A stretch of 38,595 nt of DNA, from contig JBCCQC010000001.1 of NCBI GenBank assembly GCA_039024535.1, positions 1 to 38,595 of the forward strand, read 5' to 3'. Origin of the DNA: Chloroflexota bacterium (GTDB lineage: Bacteria > Chloroflexota > Anaerolineae > Aggregatilineales > Phototrophicaceae). How positions within the stretch are numbered: position 1 is the first letter of the stretch; each line of letters opens with the position of its first letter. Positions 6,603 to 15,639 of the stretch are shown one piece after another. Both the position numbers and the translations under genes were made by a program. Under the pieces are notes generated by a model. The model worked only from the letters and a program-made list of their open reading frames with translations. It made no database searches and was not told the DNA's origin.

Positions 6603-6916
6603 TTTCCAGAATACTCCTTATCTATATCGGACACGCGAACCGCGCGTCCTGTTCTGAGCCACTGGTACATGGTGGAGTGGCTGACGCACTCGCCACGCCA
6701 TGCTGCACCAATGCTTTCGTAGGTCTTCCCGCTTTCGGGAATGTAGACCGCGACCGTGGGAACGACTTTGAGGTCTGCCTGACACGTATAGCCTTTTTTG
6801 TAGCGTTGCAGCATACAGTCGTACTTCACTCCTGCTGCCTTCGCAGCGTCGGCAATGGTGTCGTAGACGACGCCCTCCCACTCAATGTCAGTGTGGTTTT
6901 CGTATTTGCGTTTCAT
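6599..6916 (-). CDS. Small DNA-binding protein with two HTH-like repeats (NUMOD-like, tentative)
   Basis: Internal repeat GVVYDTIADAAKAAGVKYDCMLQRYKKG / GKTYESIGAAWRGECVSHSTMYQWLRTG. ATGA coupling at both ends. Confidence 0.65.
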   Translation of the reverse strand: MKRKYENHTDIEWEGVVYDTIADAAKAAGVKYDCMLQRYKKGYTCQADLKVVPTVAVYIPESGKTYESIGAAWRGECVSHSTMYQWLRTGRAVRVSDIDKEYSGK

Positions 6917-7725
6917 GATTGCCCTTTCTTCAACTGATACCCGCGCTCTAACCCGTCGCCAATGTCGCCGCGCTCATGCGGCGGCACCCACACGTAGCCG
7001 GACACACGGCCGAACAGCGGTTTCTCCGGCGAGTAGTAGCGGAAGTGACCGCGCACGGTGTGCTTATGCGTGGCACGACGGCGAGACGGCGCACCGATCA
7101 CGGAGGACTCACTGGCATGGGTGCCGGTGACGACCAGCCAGTAGAATTCCCGTTGTTCAGTGCCCTCTTTGCGGGCGAGTCGTTTCTGTAAGTTCTTCGG
7201 GTAGGCGATTTTCTCCACATCGCGGCGGGTGTGCATGTGTTCCAGTGCAGCGAGCACATAGGCCAGCGACGCATCCACGTAGACGTTGCCTCTATCCATC
7301 ATCTCAACGCCCTGTACAGGGTTGGGTGCGCGGGCAATCCCGTGGTCAACATCAATCAGGCCATCCGCGTTGACGAGAATGACCTGTGAGTGCGGGTGTG
7401 ACAGAATCGGGCTGGTGCCCAGCGTGGCAAAATGTGTCGCCATGCACATCCACTGCACCGTGTCATTGATCTCGTTGCGTGACGATTCCATCAGAGTACC
7501 CCGGCGGTACGGCCCGTAGTCGGGATGCTCGAACAGGCTTTCGACCCACAGGGCATCAGCAGGCGGGGCCACCCGTCCGAAATCGGCAAGGCGCTGGATG
7601 CGGGTTACATCGCGTGGCGTTTCCTCGTCCACAGCGGCAACCACATCCGATGCATCAATGAGCATGGCGCGTTTCAGGGTGCTGCTGATAGAAGCGTTCT
7701 GTACGAGTTGTCGATAGAGTTTCAC
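6913..7725 (-). CDS. Hypothetical protein (271 aa)
   Basis: GTG at 7725 overlaps the upstream TGA (GTGA) and is preceded by GGAGG. No family recognised. Confidence 0.7.
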   Translation of the reverse strand: MKLYRQLVQNASISSTLKRAMLIDASDVVAAVDEETPRDVTRIQRLADFGRVAPPADALWVESLFEHPDYGPYRRGTLMESSRNEINDTVQWMCMATHFATLGTSPILSHPHSQVILVNADGLIDVDHGIARAPNPVQGVEMMDRGNVYVDASLAYVLAALEHMHTRRDVEKIAYPKNLQKRLARKEGTEQREFYWLVVTGTHASESSVIGAPSRRRATHKHTVRGHFRYYSPEKPLFGRVSGYVWVPPHERGDIGDGLERGYQLKKGQS

Positions 7726-7940
7726 GATTGCACCTCCAGCATCTGCTCTATGGCACGCCGTCCCTTGCCGGTGAGCATGTAGTACACTCGGCAACTTACA
7801 CTTTTTGAGTTATTGCGTGCCGGAACCACGTAGCCGTCACACGCGAGGCGCGACAGGGTGTTGCCCGGAAACTTCGAGGCCAACAGGCGCCCCCCGTTCG
7901 CGTGCATGGTCAGCAGGGCGCGTCGGGTATCTGATTTCAT
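7722..7940 (-). CDS. Small MarR-like winged-helix protein
   Basis: 72 aa. NTLSRLACDGYVV...YYMLTGKGRRAIEQ fits a recognition helix plus wing. ATGA overlap with the methyltransferase stop. Confidence 0.65.
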   Translation of the reverse strand: MKSDTRRALLTMHANGGRLLASKFPGNTLSRLACDGYVVPARNNSKSVSCRVYYMLTGKGRRAIEQMLEVQS

Positions 7941-8965
7941 GATCCCCTCCGTTCCTGAAACAAGCTCATTTGAACGTGATCGTGTTCGGTGGCTCTGATG
8001 ACGGTTGGCTGATAGGGGTCAACCTCCTTGAGTCGATGCCGCGCCATCGCAACATAGTCCGGGTTCACATCACATCCGATAAATTGACGCCCAAGCTGAC
8101 GGGCGACCACGGCTGTGGTACCGGCCCCCATGAAAGGGTCATAAATCAGATCGTCCGCACGCGAACCCGCCAGCACACAGAGTCGCGGAAGCTGTGGCGG
8201 GAATGTTGCAAAGTGAGCCTGCGGAAATGCACGAGTTGGGATTGTCCACACCGTCCATTTATTGCGCCCGGTCTTCTGGCCGGAAAGCCCCATGAGATCA
8301 TTTGCAACCACTGAGGTGTTGTTGAATGAACGCCCCTGCGTGTACTTGCTGCTGCGAAACTGCTTGCGATTGCCCTTGCTGGTAGGGCTGTTGGGTTCTC
8401 GGATTGCATCCGCGTTGTAGTAGTAGCGCGGGGATTTTGTGAGTAAAAAGATGTACTCGTGTGCGCTGGTAGGGCGATCTTTAACTGATTCGGGCATCGG
8501 GTTGTTTTTGTGCCAGATAATGTCGCTACGTAAAATCCAGCCATCAGCCTGCAATGCCAGAGCCACGCGCCACGGTATGCCAATCAGGTTTTTGTCTGGC
8601 AGGCCAGTTGTCTTGCGGGTACGGGTACCATCAATGGATTCAGCAGCGTAAGCCTGTATACCGCTGGATACACCACCCCATTTTGAATCATTAGCCCGTG
8701 TATCACCGAGATTGAGCCACACGGTACCATCGTCAGCCAGCACGCGGCGAATCTCCCGGAACAGCACCACAAGATTGCTGACGTAGCTGTCAATCGTAGG
8801 CTCCAGACCCCATTGCCCCACTGCGCCGTAGTTGCGCAAACCAAAGTATGGCGGCGATGTGACGACACACTGAACACTCTGCGCGGGCAGGTGACGTGTG
8901 AATGTCAGCGCATCGTAGTTGTAGATTTCGTTCGTGGCCGGTTGCCACACAACAGGCAGGTTCAT
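7937..8965 (-). CDS. DNA methyltransferase, beta-class N4/N6 family (the SPPY motif favours N4-cytosine)
   Basis: Motif IV VVTSPPYFGLRNYG lies N-terminal. Motif I DPFMGAGTTAVVARQLGRQFIGCDVNPDY lies C-terminal. No adjacent restriction endonuclease. Confidence 0.9.
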   Translation of the reverse strand: MNLPVVWQPATNEIYNYDALTFTRHLPAQSVQCVVTSPPYFGLRNYGAVGQWGLEPTIDSYVSNLVVLFREIRRVLADDGTVWLNLGDTRANDSKWGGVSSGIQAYAAESIDGTRTRKTTGLPDKNLIGIPWRVALALQADGWILRSDIIWHKNNPMPESVKDRPTSAHEYIFLLTKSPRYYYNADAIREPNSPTSKGNRKQFRSSKYTQGRSFNNTSVVANDLMGLSGQKTGRNKWTVWTIPTRAFPQAHFATFPPQLPRLCVLAGSRADDLIYDPFMGAGTTAVVARQLGRQFIGCDVNPDYVAMARHRLKEVDPYQPTVIRATEHDHVQMSLFQERRGS

Positions 8966-10332
8966 ACCCCACCCCCTGCCAGCGCCGGGGTAGCTGCTGG
9001 ATGGTGGCGCGGGTCATACAACACGAACTCAATATGCACATCAGCGCCATGCGCGTCACTCAGCACACGCTGGACGTTCCGGTACATCCGGTGCTGGAGC
9101 ATGTCCAGTGCATACGAGTTCTTGACCGCGATTGTGAACGTGCAGGTACGCTCGTCGTAGTCCTCGAAGTACATGTGCTTCAACCACTGGTCAAAACTGG
9201 CCCGGTCGAACTGGATTTCAAGCTGGTTGTAGGCGATGTCGAATGACCGCCCGGGGCCGGACATGTGGCGCGGTCGTGGCGGCTCTGGTGCAGAGAACAC
9301 CGCCCGCTCCATGTCGTCCACGATGTTGCCGGTGGGGGCGTCGGTGTTGAAGAAATCCGCGAAGGCGTCGGGCTTTTGCTCTGGTTTCGCCGGGACGGGA
9401 CGACCCTTGTTGATCGTGTCTGCGATGTAGCTGATTGGCTTTTTGATGGTTCTGGATGTCAGTGCATATTCAATCAGCCACTCAATATCCTCAGGTGAGT
9501 AGCGATCTGGATCACCAGTCAGACCATGAATGTTGAGCGTCTCACCTCGCCAGGTGACATTCGCTAACGCCAGCTTTTGAGGTGAGAGCGGCACATCATG
9601 CGGTTCCGGGTTGATGTGTTCATGGGGTTCGCCCTGAGGGACGAATTCACCTGTTTCCGACATGGATAAATCAACACCACCAGCACCAGCAATGTGTGTT
9701 TGTTGTTGTTTCTCTGCTGTGTTTTCTGAAGGACTCTCTGTTGTCTTCTCTGTATCTATAGATGTGCGATCTTGCGACATAGCATGTGCGGTTTTGCTAC
9801 CTGCTATGTGCGATTCTGCAACATGGTATGCGCGATCCTGCGACATGGTATGTGCGGTTTTGCTACCTGCTATGTGCGATTCTGACTCACCGACCTGCGG
9901 GAGCTGGCTACCAATTCGACTCAGGTGTCGCTTCAGCAGCTCTGTGTTGAGCCAGTAGGTGGTTTTCCGATAGCTGTCGCGCCAGTAGAGCACGATGCGA
10001 TTGACCGGGTGCAGGTTGCCCTGCTCGTCTTCGACCTGCATCAGGTCAGTTTTGCTGTCGCCAGATTTCACCTCAGTGGCAATCTTCCGGCGCAGGCGTC
10101 CGATCTGGTGACGGCTGGCATTCAGTTCGTCAGCCCACGTATCGTTTTTGTTGCATTTCGGGTGTGAACAGGGGGCATCGAACTTGTAGAACTCGTTGCC
10201 GCCCTTGACGTTCAGGAACAGGAAGCGAATCCGCTCCAGCAGCAGGGCGGACTTGACGCAGCCTGTGAGTCGTTCGAAGTCCGGGCGGTAGAAAATGAAA
10301 TCGTCTCTGGATTTGGATGTCTGTGCTGTCAT
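8962..10332 (-). CDS. Replication initiator-like protein (N-terminal winged-helix region, repeat linker, C-terminal DnaA-N-like domain)
   Basis: 456 aa. The C-terminal AYNQLEIQFDRASFDQWLKHMYF...FTIAVKNSYALDMLQHRMY...VHIEFVL resembles DnaA domain I. The iteron array is embedded in the gene. Confidence 0.7.
   Translation of the reverse strand: MTAQTSKSRDDFIFYRPDFERLTGCVKSALLLERIRFLFLNVKGGNEFYKFDAPCSHPKCNKNDTWADELNASRHQIGRLRRKIATEVKSGDSKTDLMQVEDEQGNLHPVNRIVLYWRDSYRKTTYWLNTELLKRHLSRIGSQLPQVGESESHIAGSKTAHTMSQDRAYHVAESHIAGSKTAHAMSQDRTSIDTEKTTESPSENTAEKQQQTHIAGAGGVDLSMSETGEFVPQGEPHEHINPEPHDVPLSPQKLALANVTWRGETLNIHGLTGDPDRYSPEDIEWLIEYALTSRTIKKPISYIADTINKGRPVPAKPEQKPDAFADFFNTDAPTGNIVDDMERAVFSAPEPPRPRHMSGPGRSFDIAYNQLEIQFDRASFDQWLKHMYFEDYDERTCTFTIAVKNSYALDMLQHRMYRNVQRVLSDAHGADVHIEFVLYDPRHHPAATPALAGGGV
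9762..9893. repeat. Six 22-bp iteron-like repeats (core ATGTGCG[A/G]T), arranged as two 66-bp super-repeats
   Basis: Core starts at 9762, 9784, 9806, 9828 (atgcgcgat), 9850 and 9872. Units 9784-9805 and 9850-9871 are identical. The array encodes the duplicated peptide ESHIAGSKTAH[T/A]MSQDR. Confidence 0.8.
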
Positions 10333-10334
10333 GG

Positions 10335-11009
10335 CTACATAGCCTCAATGTTGCAAATTGCGGCAACGTCTTCTTCGGTGAGAGCGAACCATTCGCCATC
10401 GGTTCGCCGGTGTGCATACCGCTTATGCAGGTCTTTTTCAGCGGCGATATAGTCTTTGCACGGAATCAGATGCTTGTATTCAACCTCAAACGGGAGCTTG
10501 ACAGTGAATGTTTGAAGCCGGTTTTCCGGGTCAAGCGCACGGCCAATTTTCCAGTGACCACTGTCTGACTGGAGCAGGTAGACATAACCCTCCCTTGCTG
10601 GTTGCGGTTTGCGCTTTTTCCGCTCAGGGATTTCTGTCGTCAAAAGCACATTGCGGCATCTCGTAATTTGTTCCCACGGAATACCAAAGCCCTCAAGTGC
10701 ATCCTGATATTCAAGCAGCCTTGAAGACTCAGACAGGAATCGATCCATGACCTCTGGCTGCCCTCGTTTGATTTCGTAGAGGGTATTCATGCCCTCCTCG
10801 TAATTCACGTAACAGGAAAATTCAAGCACCCTGGCAACAAGGCGTGCCCACGGAACTGCCATCGTGCCAGCTTCAACAAAGTCATGGAGCCACTGAGGGT
10901 TATTCGCAAGAATGGCATTGCCCTCAACAGCCACGAGGGGTTCGTTGCTAAATCCGCAAATAATCACAAAGGAGTGACCATTCATGCCGGTGTAGATCAG
11001 GTTCATCAT
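10335..11009 (-). CDS. T5orf172 (GIY-YIG superfamily, MUG113-like) domain protein with an unknown N-terminal domain
   Basis: The C-terminal GYVYLLQSDSGHWKIGRALDPENRLQTF...EKDLHKRYAHRRTDGEWFALTEEDV matches the T5orf172 pattern. Confidence 0.75.
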   Translation of the reverse strand: MMNLIYTGMNGHSFVIICGFSNEPLVAVEGNAILANNPQWLHDFVEAGTMAVPWARLVARVLEFSCYVNYEEGMNTLYEIKRGQPEVMDRFLSESSRLLEYQDALEGFGIPWEQITRCRNVLLTTEIPERKKRKPQPAREGYVYLLQSDSGHWKIGRALDPENRLQTFTVKLPFEVEYKHLIPCKDYIAAEKDLHKRYAHRRTDGEWFALTEEDVAAICNIEAM

Positions 11010-12181
11010 GATCCACGCTCGATTCGGTCGCGCTCACTGAGCAAGAAGTTCACTTCGCTCCCGCCGTACTGACTGCGCTGGTTGGTCATCCAGTGCTCAA
11101 AGTCCAGCAGGTGGTTCATGCGTTGCGGGAGTTCATTGGCAGGTATGCTGCTCAGAATGGACGGGGAAGCATCCTGGATGATTTTGAGTGAGTAGGCGTG
11201 GTAGCTATATGCCTCCGGGTTGTACTCCGGGTGATGAACATAGTCGGCCAGCAGGCTTTCAATGGAAGCAATCCACTGCTGGCGCTGACGGCTGCGCTCA
11301 GTGTCCATGGCATGGGCATACGGTTCGGTGGACAGTTCGGGTTCCATACGCGATGACAATCCGCCGTCCATCTGCTGCGCGGCTTCTGTTGCAGGGCCGT
11401 CATACTGAAATGCCTTAGCCGACACACGCTCCAATCGGTCGCCCTCAAAGCGCACCAGCACGGCGTTCTGGTGGATAACTTCTTCCACCTGCCCTATGCC
11501 GTACACCGCGTGGTGCCCGATGTTGCCTGCAATCAGGCCATTGGTGGTATGTGGCTCGTCTTCTAGGGGTGCAGCGGGCGGCTGCGCCGGTGGGGGAGTC
11601 GGGGCCGGGGGTGGGGTGGACGCCGGTAGCTGTGCCTGCTTGATGGCCTGCCGGAGTGCTTTGCTGGAAAGCCCTTCGTTAGCGGCATGATTCAGCCATT
11701 GCGACTGCTGTTCTGGCTCCATGCTTGCCACAATCTGGTGATGCTTGAAACTCAAGTTCTCAATCCGGATTGAGAAGTCCACGGCTTTGCACACCCGAAC
11801 ATACTCGTACAGTGTGTTGATGCTGTAGCCGAATTCCTCAGCAATCTGCTTGTACGTTTCGCCGTATTCGTACTCATCACCAATGGCGATGTAGTCCCCC
11901 AACAGCCACTGCATACTGGTGTCCAGTTGCAGCAGTGCCCGTCCGAACCCGGCGTAATCCGTCTCGCTGATGTTCTCCGGGGCAATCAGCCCTGTCTTTG
12001 TCATCTGCCAGCCGCCAAGTGTCATGGCACCATCGCCCAGTGGGGTGATGGCGTTGCCGGTGCTGCGCTTGCGACCAAAGCGCATCCCGGCCAGCAGCTC
12101 CTGTGCTTCGGCGTCGTCAGCGCCGTTGTGGATGACGTGATCCACGCCGTCCAGTGCGTTACCAAACGATTTCTTCGCCAT
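11006..12181 (-). CDS. ParB-like / HTH partner protein of ParA (candidate centromere-binding protein)
   Basis: Lies immediately downstream of parA. HTH-like YKQIAEEFGYSINTLYEYVRVCK. Pro-rich linker. No ParB nuclease-like box recognised. Confidence 0.5.
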   Translation of the reverse strand: MAKKSFGNALDGVDHVIHNGADDAEAQELLAGMRFGRKRSTGNAITPLGDGAMTLGGWQMTKTGLIAPENISETDYAGFGRALLQLDTSMQWLLGDYIAIGDEYEYGETYKQIAEEFGYSINTLYEYVRVCKAVDFSIRIENLSFKHHQIVASMEPEQQSQWLNHAANEGLSSKALRQAIKQAQLPASTPPPAPTPPPAQPPAAPLEDEPHTTNGLIAGNIGHHAVYGIGQVEEVIHQNAVLVRFEGDRLERVSAKAFQYDGPATEAAQQMDGGLSSRMEPELSTEPYAHAMDTERSRQRQQWIASIESLLADYVHHPEYNPEAYSYHAYSLKIIQDASPSILSSIPANELPQRMNHLLDFEHWMTNQRSQYGGSEVNFLLSERDRIERGS

Positions 12182-12185
12182 AGCG

Positions 12186-12980
12186 TTACTCCGTTACGGT
12201 TTCGAGGGTGGTAAAAAGGCGTGCCATCATGTCGTGCATGATGCCCGCAACTTTGCTGGTGGGCGCGTAGTTGTACACAGTCGTGCGGTGCAGGCGGGCT
12301 TCCGGTACAACGATGTGATTCGGTAGAGCATCCCACACAAGGCTACCGTATTCGTATTTCATTTTGTCGTGCGTTTGAGTGTGCAGCACGGTGTTCGCAC
12401 GCATCATGTTGGGAATGATGCCCAGTATCTGGCATACCTGTTGCCCCTGCTGCGCAGCGGCCCTGCGGATGTTGTTGGCGCGAATCAGGGACTTTGTGAC
12501 GCCAATAATGCTGTCCTGCTCCAGTTCAGTAGGAATCAGGATGTAATCCGTACACCCGTATATCAAGGCGTGCATCAGGTCAGCCTGCGGGCTGGTGTCG
12601 AACACCACATAGTCAATCGCATCTTCGATTTCCGCGAGGCGTTCTGCGAGTACGTCAGCGTTGCCGGTGTTGTTAGCGATGCTGCGCGTCTCGGCATTGG
12701 ACGCACACACGAACAGCACCCCGTTCGTGTCAATGGGTGAGTAGCGCTCTGTCGGGATGGGCGTCAGCACATCGCGCCATTCAGTTTCGTTCGGGCGCAC
12801 CAGCAGGTTGTAGATATGTGGCTGGTTTTCAACGCCGAGTGCGCTGGTGGCGTTGCCCTGCATGTCTGCATCCATCAGGATGACTTTGTGACCGGCCATT
12901 GCGAGACCGGCGGCAATGCTAACGGCCAGTGTGGATTTGCCCACGCCGCCTTTAGAGTTCAACAGAGTGATAGTTTTCAT
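12186..12980 (-). CDS. parA: ParA/Soj-family partition ATPase
   Basis: ATG at 12980 gives MKTITLLNSKGGVGKSTLAVSIAAGLAMAGHKVILMDADMQGNAT (deviant Walker A KGGxGKS plus the DxD region). Confidence 0.9.
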   Translation of the reverse strand: MKTITLLNSKGGVGKSTLAVSIAAGLAMAGHKVILMDADMQGNATSALGVENQPHIYNLLVRPNETEWRDVLTPIPTERYSPIDTNGVLFVCASNAETRSIANNTGNADVLAERLAEIEDAIDYVVFDTSPQADLMHALIYGCTDYILIPTELEQDSIIGVTKSLIRANNIRRAAAQQGQQVCQILGIIPNMMRANTVLHTQTHDKMKYEYGSLVWDALPNHIVVPEARLHRTTVYNYAPTSKVAGIMHDMMARLFTTLETVTE

Positions 12981-13005
12981 GTTAGAGTTTCCCTTTTCGT
13001 TTGGT

Positions 13006-13040
13006 GTGACTGCCGCAGTCGGGTACACTGAGACAGTCAC
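13006..13040. promoter_or_regulatory. Dyad-symmetric sites upstream of parA (candidate par operator or parS)
   Basis: GTGACTG (13006-13012), GACTG-ccg-CAGTC (13008-13020) and CAGTCAC (13034-13040), in the 125-nt gap before parA. Confidence 0.3.
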
Positions 13041-13105
13041 GGTTTTCATTTGTGGCGGCGGGCATCCCGTAACCATCGTGGGGCAGGGGTGTCCGCACCG
13101 CCGTT

Positions 13106-13408
13106 CTATTCGCCAGTTGGCGGTTCGGTAGACAGGTAGTAGGTACCGTCATCAAGTTGCGGGAGCGCGTGCGGCTCAATCGGAATCTCCGGGTAATCAG
13201 CCGGGACGCCGTGGCCTATCACGACGGAGTAATAGCTGAAATACCCCTCACCAACCGTCTTTGCCTCTGCCACGTAGTCCATATAGCAGTCATGAATCAG
13301 GCTGGCGCGGACATCATGCCCTGCCATCAATCGGTCGTATCCGTCCTGGCAGCCCTTGAAGGCTTTGACCAGTGCCACACGCTCCGGTGCAATCGTCTCG
13401 TTCAGCAT
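13106..13408 (-). CDS. Hypothetical protein (100 aa)
   Basis: ATG at 13408 overlaps the upstream stop (TGATG). Confidence 0.55.
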   Translation of the reverse strand: MLNETIAPERVALVKAFKGCQDGYDRLMAGHDVRASLIHDCYMDYVAEAKTVGEGYFSYYSVVIGHGVPADYPEIPIEPHALPQLDDGTYYLSTEPPTGE

Positions 13409-13830
13409 CAGTTCTGTGCCTCGTCTGCCGGGTTGTTGGGGCAACGATAGACCTTGCTAAACTCCGGGTGGCCTACGGGTACATCCAGATCATAGAAGCC
13501 GCTGCCGTTACATGGCCTGTTGGCGATCATGCTGCCGCAGGTATCGCACGGATTATTCTCATTCACGCCTGCTGCCATGATGAACTGCTGCTGTGCGCCA
13601 ACAACGAAATCCTGCCCGCATACCGGCACAAAGGGGTAGGTTTCCGGGATGATGTCTTCTGCATAGATGCAGACGGTCAGCTCAAAGTGCCCTTCCGATG
13701 CCTCACGGCAGGCGTCCTGATACGTCTGATGTGTGTTAATCACATCTCTGGCGGGCACGAGGCCGCGCTGCCAGCCTGTGACTGTCATCATCAGGTATGC
13801 CCACGCGACGATAATCGGTTTGCGATTCAT
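13408..13830 (-). CDS. Cys-rich protein with an N-terminal hydrophobic segment
   Basis: 140 aa. PIIVAWAYLMMTVTGW at the N-terminus. 7 Cys, including the CDTCGS...CNGSG zinc-finger-like spacing. Confidence 0.6.
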   Translation of the reverse strand: MNRKPIIVAWAYLMMTVTGWQRGLVPARDVINTHQTYQDACREASEGHFELTVCIYAEDIIPETYPFVPVCGQDFVVGAQQQFIMAAGVNENNPCDTCGSMIANRPCNGSGFYDLDVPVGHPEFSKVYRCPNNPADEAQN

Positions 13831-13832
13831 GG

Positions 13833-14375
13833 CTACTCGTCCTCCGGGATGCTATTGGCGACCTGTGCAGCGATACGCATGAGTTTCTGGGCAACCGGCT
13901 TGCGTCTTTCGGGTGCGATGTAGCCGCCCGTCATGGCGTCCCGCAGCTCTGCGGCGAACTCCCGGTCACTGTCGCTGACATCCGCAATCTGATTCAGCAG
14001 ATCAAACTCAAACCACATACCAATGGCTTCGTGGATGTCGTCTTTGTAATCGTTCAGCAGGTCGTGTGAGGTGTCCGCATTCTTGATGGCGTCCACCAGT
14101 TCATTGTGGCTTTCCGTGACTTCGGAGAGCTGACTGCGCAGCACATGGGCTTCTGCTTCGGCTCCAGCCGTCATGTCCATCTGCTCCAGCAGGTAAAGGC
14201 GCATGTCCATATACTCCCGGATGGCGTCTTCCCCTGCCTCACCGGTGCCCACGAGGAGACGCAGCTTGTCCAGCAGATCGCCGGTTGCCGCGACAATGCG
14301 GGCACGCTCATCCTGATGCTTACCCACGAGTTCCACAGGAAGCTGGAGCACGAGTTCTTTGAGGTGCTTACCCAT
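13833..14375 (-). CDS. Strongly acidic helical early protein
   Basis: 180 aa. My hand count is about 37 D/E versus 19 K/R. Second gene of the early operon. Confidence 0.65.
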   Translation of the reverse strand: MGKHLKELVLQLPVELVGKHQDERARIVAATGDLLDKLRLLVGTGEAGEDAIREYMDMRLYLLEQMDMTAGAEAEAHVLRSQLSEVTESHNELVDAIKNADTSHDLLNDYKDDIHEAIGMWFEFDLLNQIADVSDSDREFAAELRDAMTGGYIAPERRKPVAQKLMRIAAQVANSIPEDE

Positions 14376-15579
14376 GTGTCAGCCGTCCTGCCGTGCTCAA
14401 GCGGGCGACTTCTGCGATGTTCGCCATATCCTCAAAGACGTAGCGGTCATCCTGCTTGACGGCGAGTTTGTGGGTTAGCAGCTTCGGCTCAGGTGTTGCC
14501 GGTGGGGTTTCGGTTTCGCTCATTCTGACACCGCCCATGAACGTTGCCCATGCTTTGACTTTGTTCCAGTCGGGTACGTCCGGGGTAGCCGGGTTCGTGG
14601 TGTTGACGGGGCTGCGCTCTGACTCGTCCAGCAGGTAAAGCGTTTCGTGGCCTTCCATGCTCTCAACATCTCTGGTGAGGCCGAACGTTACAAGGTACTC
14701 GTTGGGGTAGTCGTTGTTGAGCCGGACGTGATGAACGGGCTGATAGCCGAGTATGCCCAACAGTTCCGGGGATGCGTGCGGTTCCACGCGCTTGTACACG
14801 CGCCCGCTGTCCTGCTCTACGAATGCATCAGAAACGGTGATTTCCTTCATGCAGCCTGAGTTAAGCACAGCACCGTTCAGTTTCTTGAACTGCTCCATGT
14901 CGGCTGTTTGCGCGGGCACCTTCTCCGGTTCCGGGGTGGTCGGACTCGGTTGCGTCGGGGCCTCGCTCGGTGGCACCAGTTCCGGCAACGTGTCCGGCTG
15001 TGGTGGGGTGGTTGGTTCGTCATCGGGGGTGGCCGGTGCGGGTACTTCAGTGGGGGCGTCATCGTTGCCGTTGTCTGGCAGTGCATCTTCGAACAGCGAC
15101 AGGTCAGCCTCTGCGCTCGCGTCGTCCGTGTCCGGGGCAGTGGGGTTCAGCAGCGAGCGGCGGTAATACGTGAACAGCATCACATCCCACATCCCTTCTT
15201 CTTTCACAGGGTGCCCTTCTTCGCGGTACATGATCCAGCCAGCCGCTTCCAATTTCGTTTTCTCGGCTTCGTCAATGTTTTTCTGTGGTGGCATGTACTC
15301 GTACACAGTAGGGGCGGCGGGTTCCGGCGCAGCCAGTGCCTTGACCTGCGCCAGCACATCCAGCATCAGGACTTTGCTCTGTGCAATGTGGCGGTCAAGC
15401 AGGTCAATATACTTGCGATGCACGTCCATTGTTTCGGTGTGGGCGTCCACAAAGCGCTTGCGCTCAGTGGCGATTTCTTCGAGTGCCTTACGGGTGTTCT
15501 CGTTGGCCTCTGCGTTCTGGCGGGTCAGCGTGCTGAATACCTGCGTAGGCGTCAACTCGTTGACGGGTTGATTGTTCAT
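14368..15579 (-). CDS. Early protein with an acidic, Pro/Thr-rich central linker
   Basis: 403 aa. ATG at 15579 preceded by AGGAGA. First gene of the leftward operon. No family recognised. Confidence 0.7.
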   Translation of the reverse strand: MNNQPVNELTPTQVFSTLTRQNAEANENTRKALEEIATERKRFVDAHTETMDVHRKYIDLLDRHIAQSKVLMLDVLAQVKALAAPEPAAPTVYEYMPPQKNIDEAEKTKLEAAGWIMYREEGHPVKEEGMWDVMLFTYYRRSLLNPTAPDTDDASAEADLSLFEDALPDNGNDDAPTEVPAPATPDDEPTTPPQPDTLPELVPPSEAPTQPSPTTPEPEKVPAQTADMEQFKKLNGAVLNSGCMKEITVSDAFVEQDSGRVYKRVEPHASPELLGILGYQPVHHVRLNNDYPNEYLVTFGLTRDVESMEGHETLYLLDESERSPVNTTNPATPDVPDWNKVKAWATFMGGVRMSETETPPATPEPKLLTHKLAVKQDDRYVFEDMANIAEVARLSTAGRLTHG

Positions 15580-15639
15580 AAGTGGTTTTCTCCTGATTGA
15601 ACTCTGGCATTTGAAACATCGGGCGACGTGCGCCCGGAT

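Noticed and set aside
4951-6722. Long + strand ORFs (4951-5598, 5913-6722, 14908-15600, 13372-13923) within the early region
   Set aside because: They are antisense to a tightly ATGA-coupled - strand operon whose products have recognisable domains (ASCH, Pol X). Their translations are Arg/Gly/Val/His-rich without motifs.
9762-9893. Mini CRISPR array
   Set aside because: The period is 22 bp with no unique spacers, the repeats are in frame inside a coding region, and there are no cas genes. It is interpreted as iterons.
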